64,000 nucleotides of DNA from Albugo candida (taxonomy: Eukaryota). The position numbers and the translations under genes were made by a program. Under the pieces are notes generated by a model. The model was given only the letters and a program-made list of their open reading frames with translations, did not search any database and was not told where the DNA came from. Location of the stretch: NCBI GenBank assembly GCA_040437565.1, contig JBDOQK010000016.1, forward strand, positions 1 through 64,000, read 5' to 3'. This document shows positions 1 through 11,854 of the stretch, one piece after another (the stretch's first letter is position 1; each line of letters opens with the position of its first letter).

Positions 1-267
1 TGGCTCATGATTCAAGCTTGTTTCCATCACTTCAGCGAGCCAAAGTCATTCGAAATAAACTTACGCATAAATCGCGTGGGTACGGTTTTTGTAAGCTTTG
101 GTGATCCTTCCGATTGCGCAAAAGCGCTGCGGGAGATGAATGGGAAAAACATTGGAATTCGACCAGTGGAATTACACAAAAGTAAATGGGAGAATCGAAG
201 CGAGGCAGTTGCCCGCAAGAAAATGAAAAAGAAAATACGGACAAAAGCGCACTTATTCGGACCTTGA
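1..267 (+). pseudogene. RBM42: RBM42-like RRM protein, C-terminal fragment, frameshifted
   Basis: One frame reads LFPSLQRAKVIRNKLTHKSRGYGF. An extra T in the run at 86-90 shifts to VSFGDPSDCAKALREMNGKNIGIRPVELHKSKWENRS. Together these match the RBM42 RRM (RNP1 KGYGFVSF, REMNGKYVGSRPIKLRKS.W). 5' end is outside the window. Confidence 0.7.
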
Positions 268-539
268 TAGCATCTAAAAGGTGCTTTCAGACAACCGCTT
301 TGGCTCTTATCAGAAATAAAGTCTCAGCAGCCTCAAAATTGCCTTTGTGATATTATTACAAGCAAAAGAGAAGGAAGTATCAAACAAATGGTCATACTCA
401 TGATGATGTCATTAGTTAGTCAACATGTGGAAAATTACACAGACAACTTAGTGCTAAGTTGGTTTGGGCTAAATACAGATCTGGTATAGACTTTAACGAG
501 TTTGGCCAAAATGTACTGATAATTTACATTGAGAGCCCT

Positions 540-696
540 AGTGTGACGGTTAGACACCAACCCGGTACAATTGTGCACCCTAGGTCGATACAAATTTCCA
601 ATGCAATGATAGAGTATAGAGAAGAGTAAATCTGGGAGAGACTTGTTCCCATCGGAGAGTACCCTTACCGATTTCAGGCCGCTGTTTCGTCACACT
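540..696. mobile_element. Short element bounded by 9-bp inverted repeats (LTR-remnant or MITE-like)
   Basis: AGTGTGACG (540-548) is the reverse complement of CGTCACACT (688-696). The TGTGACG...CGTCACA core resembles TG..CA LTR termini. No target-site duplication found. Confidence 0.3.
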
Positions 697-961
697 GCAA
701 TGCTTCTTCGATTTACACTGCGAGAAGTAATCTTTGGTCATGAGTCCCGATACAAGAAAACTGCTAGCGACAAGGGCATTAAAATATGCGATTTTATCCG
801 ATTTTCAATCGCGCCTTGTACATGTGTACCTCTAAATGATGGCCGGTATGGCCGGTGGCGTGGTTGAGGCTTGTTTATTGCACTACAGCCATTAGATATG
901 ACAAAAAGTAGGCTGCAACTCGATAGAACGCAAAAATAAAAAGGTATGGTAAATGTATTAA

Positions 962-1100
962 TGGGGTCATTCAATGCCCTTTAGACAATTGAGCCACCCG
1001 CTGCATACACAATCTTATTTGAAGAATGCAAATGGATACCATTTGGGATAGACAATATACCAGTCAGATATCACAATTCTACGTTGCCATTGATGCTGAT
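962..1100 (-). pseudogene. Possible N-terminal fragment of a WD40 protein (CFAP52/WDR16-like)
   Basis: Minus frame reads VEL*YLTGILSIPNGIHLHSSNKIVYAAGGSIV*RALNDP with two stops. It resembles the first blade of CFAP52-type proteins from memory, but the match is short. Confidence 0.3.
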
Positions 1101-1906
1101 TTCGCACTCTCAAACGTCAGTCGAGCAGCTGAATTGCAATACATTTTCCTCCACTGGTGTCGGGTCAATTTCAACCAATCGACACTGCTTCAACCTCATA
1201 ATATTGCTAGTTCTGCCCACTCGGGGACATCTCCATATGACCACTTTTGCGCAATCGACGATGTCGTAAGACCATAACATGATCAAACACAATCAATCGT
1301 CGAAAACTGCAACAGGATGAGAACGTGAGTTGAACGATCTTTTCGCAGTAAACTGAGCGATTTGCAGCGTGTGTGTAGCTATCAAACCGATTACACGTCG
1401 GCAAAAAAAGCCCGCAGAGGTGAATTTCTAAAAGACTCTGAAAGAAAGCATTTTAGCAATAATGTTGCATGGAAACAAATGAATGTAACAGCTGACAAGC
1501 GAGCAGTATCGATTTTAATCAGTGAGAAATGGAGCCAAGAAAGCGATGAATGATAATGTGAGTGTTGAAACGCTGGCTAAGTGAGATCGTAATACTCTGT
1601 GCGGTAAAGTGGTTGTTATTGGTAAACATGGACCAACGGATGAGAAAATATGCGATTTTCGTCATGTTTTCAGCCGACTGGACGGAATGCGAGATTTCAT
1701 CGACTGTGAGACGGAAAATGGCGCTCGCTGTGCATCAATGTTTTCATCATAATGCCATCATTAAGAAACTCTTCCTTCGAAGCATTCCGAGCTGTCTTGA
1801 TCAACTCACGTCCGACTTTGGTACAGCGTCATCCACAGCCAATTTTTACAAAATGAGCCAGAAGCAAGCGTGTTATCATTTGTATACAAATTCTCTCCTC
1901 TCTTCG

Positions 1907-3075
1907 TTAGGCTTTATCAGGTGTTTCCACGTTGTCGACAACACTAATCTCATCCATTGAAACGCTGCTGAGCTTGGCCGCAAGATTTGCAATGCGTTTT
2001 GAGATTCCGTCTGTTGCTAACAGCACACGGTGAGATGCGAGCAATTCGAATTTGTCGGATGCGATGGATTGACATCGTTTGATTTCATTCATTCGGATGG
2101 GGCGGCTAACGAGCCCCAACAGCATTTTAGCCGACATCTTTAGACTGAATCGAGTCAATGGGAAGACTTTCTCGGCGACACCAGTCAAAGCTCCATCATT
2201 CGTGATGGANNNNNNNNNNNNNNNNNNNNNNNNNNNNNNNNNNNNNNNNNNNNNNNNNNNNNNNNNNNNNNNNNNNNNNNNNNNNNNNNNNNNNNNNNNN
2301 NNNNNNNNNACTCGTCCGAACTGCAATGACATGTGGAATACCACAGGAAACGAGAGCGTTCGCGAGCGGTGCTGAGGAAAAAGCAGATAAAAACACAAGA
2401 CGCAAGGGCGCTTTTTTACCGGCAGAGAAGAGCTCTTTCAGACTGATGTGAGGTATTGGATGCACGAGTCCCAATCCATCTTCAAAAAATAAATGGTTTT
2501 CATCGCCGTGTCCCGACAAGTGGAGAGCTCGACGTCCCATTGTCACCACCACCCAAAAGCTTTCGGTACTGGCAAAGTTAGCATTGACATGTATCTGTTG
2601 AGAAACTTGATACTCATCAAGTTTTGATGCTTCTCCTGATTGTGGTGCTCGAAGCTGTTCGGAATATAGAAACTCGATCAAATCGAAGAGAGGTAGAACC
2701 AGAAGGAGCTCTTACCACACACTGTGCCGCTTCAGTCAGACTCTGCTTCAAGATGTTGTATTCCTACTTCACTTAGACCTCAGCAATAGGATGGTTGTTT
2801 CCGTTCGTATCCTATCCGGCCAGTGGTGCTGAAAACAAGACGCCCACGGTGTGATCTTGCACGATCAGGTCGCTTTTCAGTTGAGGGGTGGAACAAGCCT
2901 TTGTAATTTCGTGTGGATTGTAGGGATTCTGCCGAGGAGCTTCTACACGATATTCCAGAAGCACTCTTCCCGCGCAGTTGGAAAGCAATGCGATTGTTTG
3001 GCCGTTATACAATTTGTACTGTTTGTTTTTGTCTAAGTACAGAAAATGAAAAGTGTTTACGTGGTTTTCGAACAT
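1907..3075 (-). pseudogene. CHAT (caspase-HetF-like, clan CD) domain protein, decayed, interrupted by a gap
   Basis: VGVLFSAPLAG*DTNGNNHPIAEV*VK*EYNILKQSL (three in-frame stops), then a likely GT..AG intron (~2655-2715), then ALHLSGHGDENHLFFEDGLG...LRLVFLSAFSSAPLANALVSCGIPHVIAV, the CHAT HxxGHG / VxLSAC signature. The C-terminal piece (1907-2209) lies beyond the gap at 2210-2309. Confidence 0.75.
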
Positions 3076-4940
3076 CGCACATATTGATCACGGAAGTAAA
3101 GGCACTCCGTCGATGCAAACTCCGTTTGTGCTCTTGCTCGTCAAGTACACTGCAAGATCACCATAACTATTCTTTATTTATTTTATCTCGAAGAGTACCT
3201 TACGTTAAACGTACCTAACCTAGGTACCAATATCCGGTGGCTGACACGCGTCAGCTCCTAAAGCGAATAACCCAAAGCGTCCCAAATGTGTACCACACTG
3301 CATAACGGTTACTAACCGACGTGTAACCCCGTTACAGATTGTCAATGTCTCGAATGGACTTCAAGTGTGGCCGAATGTGATCAGAACACACAAACGTGGG
3401 GATTGACCGTTTATGGGCACAGAAAACATTTTAATGATTTGTCTACAAGCTGGTGGAAATCGTAAGGTACGTCTCAGTGTTGTCATCGTGATTGTCCGAG
3501 TTGACACGGTGGAAAGTCGTGAACTTCGGATTTGATCATGCGTGCTTCTTTCGACAGATCGATTTTTTGAGCCGTTTCTTTATCAACCTGTCTTCACCCG
3601 ATCGTAAAGTCGAGACACAATCTTCGCAATTTGAAAGCACCGACAAGTCGATCAGCAAGCCCGTATTCAACGGAAAGGAAAGTCTCCTGCAGAGTAATAG
3701 TCACGTGACCATGTTATCTCTACGATGTGCTGAGTCATCGCAGTATTCCATTGCCAATCAGGTGGTCAAAATGAAGAGAGCAGCGGAGACATGAAGCCGT
3801 ACAGAGCGACCAATCAGTAGCGATCTTCTTCCGTTCAATTTCGATAGTACCGTCGCCACTCTCCGACGCTTGTCTCGTAAAGGAAACGACCGTGGCAATC
3901 TTTACACATAAAAGGGAATTCACTCAGCGGCATCGATCAGCGACAATGTCTCCACATTGACCAGGTAGTTCACAGTCCGCTCAGACGGCTGTCTCGAGTC
4001 TATCAGAACCGGCTCTTCTTTCTCGAAAGTCGAAACAGACGCACTAAAAATGGATAAATTACGCTCGGGCTGATCAGACTCGATATCCATATCTCAGTCG
4101 GCTCATTCAGAACGAGCAATCAAGCCAAAAGCATTTCTGGGCGGTCATTTGGACAGGATATCAGAAACTCTCATATGACGAAAAGCGGCTCTGAGCGACG
4201 GAATCAAAATTCTGGTCGAGTACATACGAACGGATAACAAATCCATCACACAAGAAGTCAACGAAGCTTGTCATCAAATTGGATAATGGAATGTTGACTC
4301 CAGAGGCCTGTGCTATATGTCGGGAAAGAATTCTGTCTGTGATCAATCGCCGTTGTCCACAATCGATAAAGAATTCATATGACAGACCCAGAGAGGTAAA
4401 CAAGCAAATCGGCCGTTATGAAATGTAATGAAAAGTGATGTCGGAGGTTATAGACGAGGATGATACAAAAAAAACTCGAGTATCCGAGGATGATTGTCTG
4501 TTTTCCGAAGATTTGGATGTAGATGTCTTAGATAGCCTTGTGCTATGGCATCCGTCACAAGCCGATATGTACTGGGCCACTGAATGAGACAGCAATTGAA
4601 AGGCAGATGAACGAAGAGTTCAATCCAACACTCCTCTGTGAAAGCGAGTGCTTGGCCACAGCACAAGGTGGTATGAGTCCTAAGAACAAAAGCCAAAGCT
4701 CAATCAATGTATTTTATTATTCAATACTCTCATTATATTATAGCAGAATACCGCTCTATAATGACATCGAAATGTACAGAATGAATGCGCAACATAAAGG
4801 GAAAACAGAATGAAATCGCGCCATGAAATGTAGGAGCCCATCGGTACTGCGCCAATTCCTTTATGAAGGCTACAATTCCCGGTTACGGCACCACGCTCTA
4901 AATCGATGCGTAACGCTGTGTATTTTCAGACATTAACCTC

Positions 4941-7900
4941 TCAACCGATCATAAGCACTACTTTGCGTGCTGCTTTAGCAGCACTATTCTTCTTAGCGAC
5001 CATGAGCAGCAGTTTTACGCGCTCTGATGCTACACGACTGGCGATGAGAGATCTTTCGAACTTATTACTCCATCGCTGAAGGAGAATTTGAGATATATCG
5101 AATGCGTACGGCGATGGATGTACACGTTGTAAAGCACAATTGAGTCGTCCAGCAATTTCCAATTCCTCGTACGCGATCGCAGCGCTAATGAAATACTCCA
5201 TTGAGCTACAAATACTGTTCTCGTTTATTTTCCATCATTTCTCTCAAGTAATTCTTGACATAGCCAAAGATAAACGACCACATCAGACGCAAGCAACTCC
5301 TTCAAATCGTAATGTAAGAGCGCCAAATCGAATACCGTTTTCTCGGTATGCGTCCCACGCGCACGCGCACAAGAAACACAATACGAAAAAGTTTGGCCGT
5401 AGAATCGATCGCGTGATTTGGGAAATGGAGAAAGCAACGCCATGTGAGTAGCGAATCAATTGCTGTCGGAAGTCTCAAGCACGGTCGGAATAGTCTCTTC
5501 TTCTACTCGGCCGTACGCTCTCTGCTGATACAAAAAATCCAATCGGACGAACTCCATCCTGCTCCCTCAAAAACCGATCCCAGCACGAGCTTCGCGGTCG
5601 CGACTTTGGATCAATTTGCTGCTTTTGGATCAGCCGCATCAGTTGTCTACAGGTCGCGTAATGTATCGTACAAGGCGACACGACCCGTGATCGTATTGAG
5701 ATTTGGCGATAAATAAGGTCGTGAGAACCGCAATAGCTCATCTATTTTCTCGTCCAAATAAAACGCGACCTTAATCGTCTCTGAATCAGCCACAGGCTGG
5801 AATGCAAACTCGAAATACACGTCCTTGAATGCACATTTTCCGTCAACGATAAGGTCGTACAATTGTTCTTCTTGCTCTTGAGTGCGGTAATGAAGCGATA
5901 TGCCTTGAGCGAGCATAAGGCCTTGAGCGCCGGAATTCGTGTCGACGCATCTAGCCATCTCATGAAGTCATCGGAACTCCACCACTCTTTAAACGATTGA
6001 TTTTCCAGCATCACATCAGTCGAAGAGATCTTGTACAGCGCATGGATATGAATAAACACTTGGCTTATAACCGCGTCAAGTGATCGTGCAGCTCTATTCC
6101 CAAAATCGCAACAAGTCTTTGATTTCTGGAGGACCACTACTGTACAGGAAGGCAGATTCACCGATTGGAATCTGATGTGTTGGCTGTCATCCACTTGCCA
6201 TTTTGACTGTCATATCGGTCAATATCTCCATTACCATCTCAATTCGTTCTTGGATCCAGCACACTTGAAGAGGTTGTACATCCGCACACAAGAACAGCGT
6301 CAGCATTATCATGACCTGGGCTTCGTGAACAACTATCATCCCTCTGACAGCGCGGAGCAACCGATCTAATCTCTTCACATGAAGTGTTTTCTCTGTCAAG
6401 CACGCCAGTACATCGTCAACCTCAGAATGGGCCTTCAGTATCATTTCTATTCCGCCAGTATCATCAGCATCTCGTCGGAGGAGCCAGACTGCATTCAACA
6501 GTATATCTCTCTTCATCTTCTCGTCTTTACGTCCTCATATTCGTGACACGAGATCGACACGCACTTCCAGCTGCTTGTCCCGTGTCAGCTGATCACCGAC
6601 TCGCTGTAAATGCTGAAACTGTGTGCTCTCTTTCGATGAAATCATGGAACCCACAAACCCATCGTAAAAGTGGACCAGGTCTTCATCCGATAGCACGGGG
6701 AGAAATGGAAAGCAGGCCTCATACAAATCCGCTGCTGATTCCATCCGTTGATCCCTTATATTCATATAAAGCAAAACGAACGAGCTCACAGATATCCGAT
6801 GCAATTGTAGCAGCATCTTACTGATGAGTTTGATGTTTTGAGCGGATACAAATAGAATTACTGCTTTAGCGCGAAGCTATGAGTCGGACAGCATGTATCT
6901 TCCATCGGCACTTGTCAATTCTCCTTCGTCCATAAGCTTGCAGTCAGTACGCTGTTCGGAGAGGTCTTTCAGGCTTTCGAGGCAAACCTGAAGCATCGTC
7001 CACCGTCGATAACATGAGTCCTAGAGCTTCAAGTCTCAAGTCGTTGATGAGTTTTCTGCAGGCGTTTATAACACTCCATAGCAGTCGAACCACAAAAATG
7101 AGAGTCTTGCAGTCCGTCTCACCCACTGATCATAACTCCTGAGTAAAAATGGCACGAGTCTATTCGGTTGAGTAAGGGCTTCTTCGATAGGATGCACGGA
7201 ATCAAACGGTTGAAGAGGCTGCGAGGTCTTAGAAGCATGCTCAATGTACGCGAGAAGACAGGTGTACGGGTCCATCTCAAACTGAGCCACGAATGACACA
7301 ATGCTTGATTACGTGCTCTGTTGAGTTGCGAGTGAATCCAGTACATGACCGCGATACATTGCGTCGTCGTAGAATCGATCGACTTGGAGACCTGGAAATG
7401 CTTCTCCAAGTGGTAAAAGTGTGTCCCAACGGGTCGATAAATAAATTTGTGACGCAAAGTCGGGTAAGCTCCGTCAGACGAGGGATTTCACTCTCAAGTT
7501 CGCGGATAGCGTCAGGAAAGCTGATAGCTGCGGATGTGTCAGCATCATTATGAGGCCCTTCCAATAAAGCAGTAACGTCTGCAATCCGTCTTCAGTCTTT
7601 TAATAATACAGAATCCAAATGTGATGGTACGCGACAATCTGAAGCTCAACTAGCGTTGTACATGAGCCTGCTTGGATATATGACGTATATAGGGCCTGGA
7701 ACCACGTAACTTTATCTGATGCGAAACTCAAGCCAAGTTGAAGTCGTATGCAGCGTTCATTTGGAGCGTAATGCGCAAGTGTAGCGAGATCGAGTCCAGC
7801 TGGAGTTTCCAATTGCCGCCGTTTGTGCAGTAATGACCCGAGACGATCCGCAGGAGAGTTTTGTAGTAAGATGCTGGCCAAACTTTCCGAAACAGGACTC

Positions 7901-10314
7901 ATTTTTCAGTGTATTTGCTAGCACTTCGAATGCACCTATGTTTCCTCTTCTGAAGAAAAAGAATCCATCAATATATCCATACAAAGCGGCTTCTGATCAA
8001 CAAGGCATGAACGCAAAGCGTTTACAGCTCTTCTCTTTACTGAACGATCACTGGACGTCAAGAAAATGAAGCGAATAATTCCAAAACAGATGTGTGGATG
8101 AGTTATCACCAGCCGCATACGATCTACTGTAGACATCATTTGCCACTCTCAAATCGTACTCCAGTACTTGAACCATTGCGATACTCGGCTGTATGGAGTT
8201 TCTTGATATCGTCCCTGGTTGATGCCAAACATCGATGCGACGGGAGCTGAGATGGTAATAGCTCTAGCACGTCGTACACGGTGGCCAGCTGCCCAAATAT
8301 ATCATCCCAATGGATAAAAAGTCTAAGAAACGCCGACGCCATCTCTTCCAATCGATGCGTATACGATGAGAACGTGTACTCGGTGATAGCTCGCAGTTCT
8401 TCATCCGACAGATCCATTCTCTTGTTATGGTCTTGTTCCAGCTCAAGCTTGACCACGTCATTTGCAGCATTCAGACCGTAAGAGACCGCATCATCCGGTG
8501 CGATTACGGGAATCCATTCGCTATGAGTGTGACAAGATATTTGAAGACATGGTAAGATGCTTAATCGATGACACACGAGATTCCATTTGTTACGCATCCC
8601 GAAACCTTCAGTGCGTCAATCTGTTTCAATGAAGCCAAAAGCATCGCCCTGACCACAAGATTAACATCAGGAACTTCGAGATACCAGTGAGAGTCATATC
8701 GTTCCGCTTGTGGGCGCTAGTAACTTCATTGTGCCCAAGCGGTATAGCCATCTTCTGAGTTTTGAGGTTGCGAATACAAAGTCTCGTATGTGGCCCAATT
8801 GAACCACTGGTTCCATACTTTCAGCCGTGGAAGAGATTGTGCAGAGACTCTGCTGTTCGACAAAGAAAAAGGACTGGATATTTGGTAGTGCTCTGAAAGT
8901 AGTCTCTGATGTTGGTGCATCATGTGCGATACGATACGTCGAAACCGATGAGGAAGATTGGAGAAAATCTTACTCCTAACACGTTGATACCCTTCTTCAT
9001 GGCTGAATGCATCCGAGCGAGGGGTTATCTCCAGCAAAACAACAGCTTTATCCTATAAATCGTCTGCTATCAGAGTCATAATTTACTGAAGACTTTGATA
9101 ACGAGTGTGTAGATACCAAGGCTGTTTTGGATCCCATTACGAATACCACCATACTTTAGAATATTTGCTATCAATTGGTGGTCATGAGTCAAGTAAACCA
9201 TCGACTGAGTGCCAAACACTTTGAAGTGGGCAAGTAATGCGGTGGTAAATGAGAACTGGGAATTGCTTTGACAGACCAAAAGATTATTACAAATGTAGCA
9301 CTGCTGATGACAGCTATTGCGTTTCCATTGCCTCGTCTCCACTGTATTACATTCTTACAAATTTCTAATTCGCGAATTGCAATATACCCATCTCCATGGT
9401 GCATGCATAGCTTTCAATCATCGACCAAGAAGCTCTGATCCACAATATTCCCACGGATCGTTTTGCAATGTTCAATTTCCGCCGGACCAAGCATGAAGGT
9501 ACTGTCCAGCAGCATCTGCGATATGGACATACAATCAAGAGTTGGGACCCTGCTACAGACTCCAAGATGATGCTCCTTGTGACTGCGAACATTCTGTTGC
9601 TGAGATATCTCAACTGAATGCCAATGTGCCTGTGTACAGATTGAATGCACAGGAAACCAGCCTACAATGCCATTTCCGAGCATCCAACAGTAACCTCTCC
9701 GATACGATGTCCTGAACGTAAAGATATACGATTTTCGCCTCACGCAACACGAGTAAGAAGTGCTTCTCTACGTAACCAAATAGCAATAAAATGGTTGACT
9801 GAGTGTTTCATTGAAAATCCAATATGTCATCCGAAAAAAGCTGCGAGCATTGGAGTCTGTACTGCGACTCTTCTTGCTCGTCAGGTGACAAGAGCCAAAA
9901 GCGAGGGGTCACGACAGTCTCCGCTTTTATTTCGAGAGCAGTTACCAGTAGATTCTGTGAGTAAGAGCTTTATCTAATTTGCCATCAATTAGATGGGAAT
10001 GTGGCCGTTGGGGACGGAGAGCTCAGCTTGGAAGTGTCAGTCTGAAGGTTGCCTTATATTGCGAAAGAAATGACGAATTCTGCGAATGATGCATGCAGTT
10101 GATTGAGGAGATATATGGAGGCTATACACAGCGATTCAGGGTCATTCCTATCGCAAGATGCCACGACATGGAGAGGATTAGTGCCATTAGGAAATGTATA
10201 CGTTCTTGGAGGCTTCAGATAGCACGGTGTCTTGAGGGAAGGATGTGATTGGGTATAATGCGACCGTGTATGCATTCGATGTGATTTGGTGGGAAAACAA
10301 CGTTCAAGAAGCAT
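4941..10314 (-). pseudogene. NBAS: NBAS/Sec39-like (NRZ tethering complex) gene, heavily frameshifted
   Basis: A chain of short same-strand protein-like ORFs in alternating frames over ~5.3 kb. GQLATVYDVLELLPSQ resembles the NBAS Sec39 region (QL.LCYDLLECLP). The terminal AAIAYEELEIAGRLNCALQRVHPSPYAFDISQILLQRW resembles the NBAS C-terminus (EAGSLLL...H...F...QHW). The 5' boundary is uncertain. KNTC1/ROD is an alternative. Confidence 0.5.
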
Positions 10315-10327
10315 TTTAGGGATTTTT

Positions 10328-11197
10328 TGTTACCCTGCTTTGTCTCGATAAACAGAGTAATGTTGATATTATGAATGTATGCGGTTGTATTATACAGTAT
10401 AGGTGATATAAGTCGTAGTAATCACGAACGCGTGGTATTAAGAAGAATTTGAAATAGGAATCAGTTCAAGTATAAAAGAATAAAGTGAATCGAATGATGG
10501 GAATGTCAGTACCTACGTAAAGCTAAATAGTAGATCAGAAGATGAAGGAAGTTTATTGTTATAAATGTCTGCTCATATTTGCGACACTGGAGGGGATATA
10601 AGTCATAGTATTGGCGAATGCTTGTGATTGAAGAGAATTTGATGCAAGAAGTAGTTGAAGTATAGAAGAATAAAGTAAATCGAATAATGGGNNNNNNNNN
10701 NNNNNNNNNNNNNNNNNNNNNNNNNNNNNNNNNNNNNNNNNNNNNNNNNNNNNNNNNNNNNNNNNNNNNNNNNNNNNNNNNNNNNNNNNNNGGCAGCTTT
10801 CGTACCTACGTAAACCAAATTTTATATCAAAAGATGAAGGAAGTTTCAATGTTTTGAATGTTAGTACCCGAGTATAGCTAGATATTACATTATACCATAG
10901 CCAAAGAGTTGATGTTATGAACGTATATACATATATTATGTTGAGACTAAAAGGGGCTTGGAAAGAAGATAACTATGGGCACGAAGGACAAGAAATATAA
11001 AAGGCACTTATTACGTTTTAGATTACTATGTATATCTTGAATATAGAAAAGCTGAGAGGGTTTTCTTTTATCTCTTGTATTCTTTCTTGATCTAATGATA
11101 TGTTTCTAGCCATAAATGAAGCTCACAAACAACATACACTGTCTAACTGTTTTTTCTATATAGTGACTACGAGTGTAGAAGTCGTCCCTTTACAACA
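10328..11197 (+). mobile_element. Candidate solo LTR
   Basis: AT-rich non-coding block starting TGTT (10328) and ending AACA (11197). It has an internal TATAAAAG (~10996) and diverged internal repeats. Flanks GATTTTT and GATTATT match at 6/7. Contains the gap 10692-10791. Confidence 0.45.
10405..10850 (+). repeat. Diverged ~190-bp tandem duplication inside the candidate LTR
   Basis: GATATAAGTC..AGAATAAAGT.AATCGAAT.ATGGG starts at 10405 and at 10595. GTACCTACGTAAA..AAGATGAAGGAAGTTT occurs at ~10509 and ~10802. The copies differ, so this is not an assembly echo. Confidence 0.7.
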
Positions 11198-11854
11198 GAT
11201 TATTCGGTTTTCCCTTAAGGACTTTACGGCGGGAAGGTGCGTACAGTCTGAAATTTAGCCAATAACTGACGATGGAATGCAAAATTCAAACAAGCGAGCA
11301 TATGACAGGTCAGTATATTAAACATTGTGGCTTGTCTCAAACATGCTCAGCTGAAGCAGTATTCATATGCCAGTTTTGTGATATAGTCATTTAAAAGCGA
11401 CTGTGTTAGCATCTCAACAGCGTTTATCTAATTATCACATTGCGTTATTTTATTAAGTGTAATCTCATAATATAGTATCCTTCATAAGGTTTATGTGTAT
11501 GCGAAGTAACTCGGCTGGTAAAGTGTATTTCTCTATAATTCAAAGTGTATTCTAAAATCACAAGGTTACAGATACAAGAAGTTATACCCGCGCCGAAACT
11601 CGTTACAAGGGTGTCGACAACGCATCTTGCTGAAGCGTTAGATGCGATCATTTCGGGGAGATCGTTTCGGAAAATTGTCAATGCGCCCAACGTAAATTTC
11701 CATCGCAGAGAAGGATTTTCGCCCTTCTTCTCCTTATCCACTTCGAAACTCGCACTTTGTCCAGCCCCCGAAGCGATGCGTCCCCAGTTCTCCTATCGAT
11801 AAGTAGCCTAGTTCATGAGACCCTCGATGTACAATTCACTCTGCTGGGAGCTCA

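Noticed and set aside
3240..3262. Helitron 3' terminus (hairpin plus CTRR)
   Set aside because: The hairpin-to-CTRR spacing and the A|T insertion context do not fit on either strand.
3400..4800. Possible additional decayed genes
   Set aside because: Coding-like composition with many stops, but no motif I can assign.
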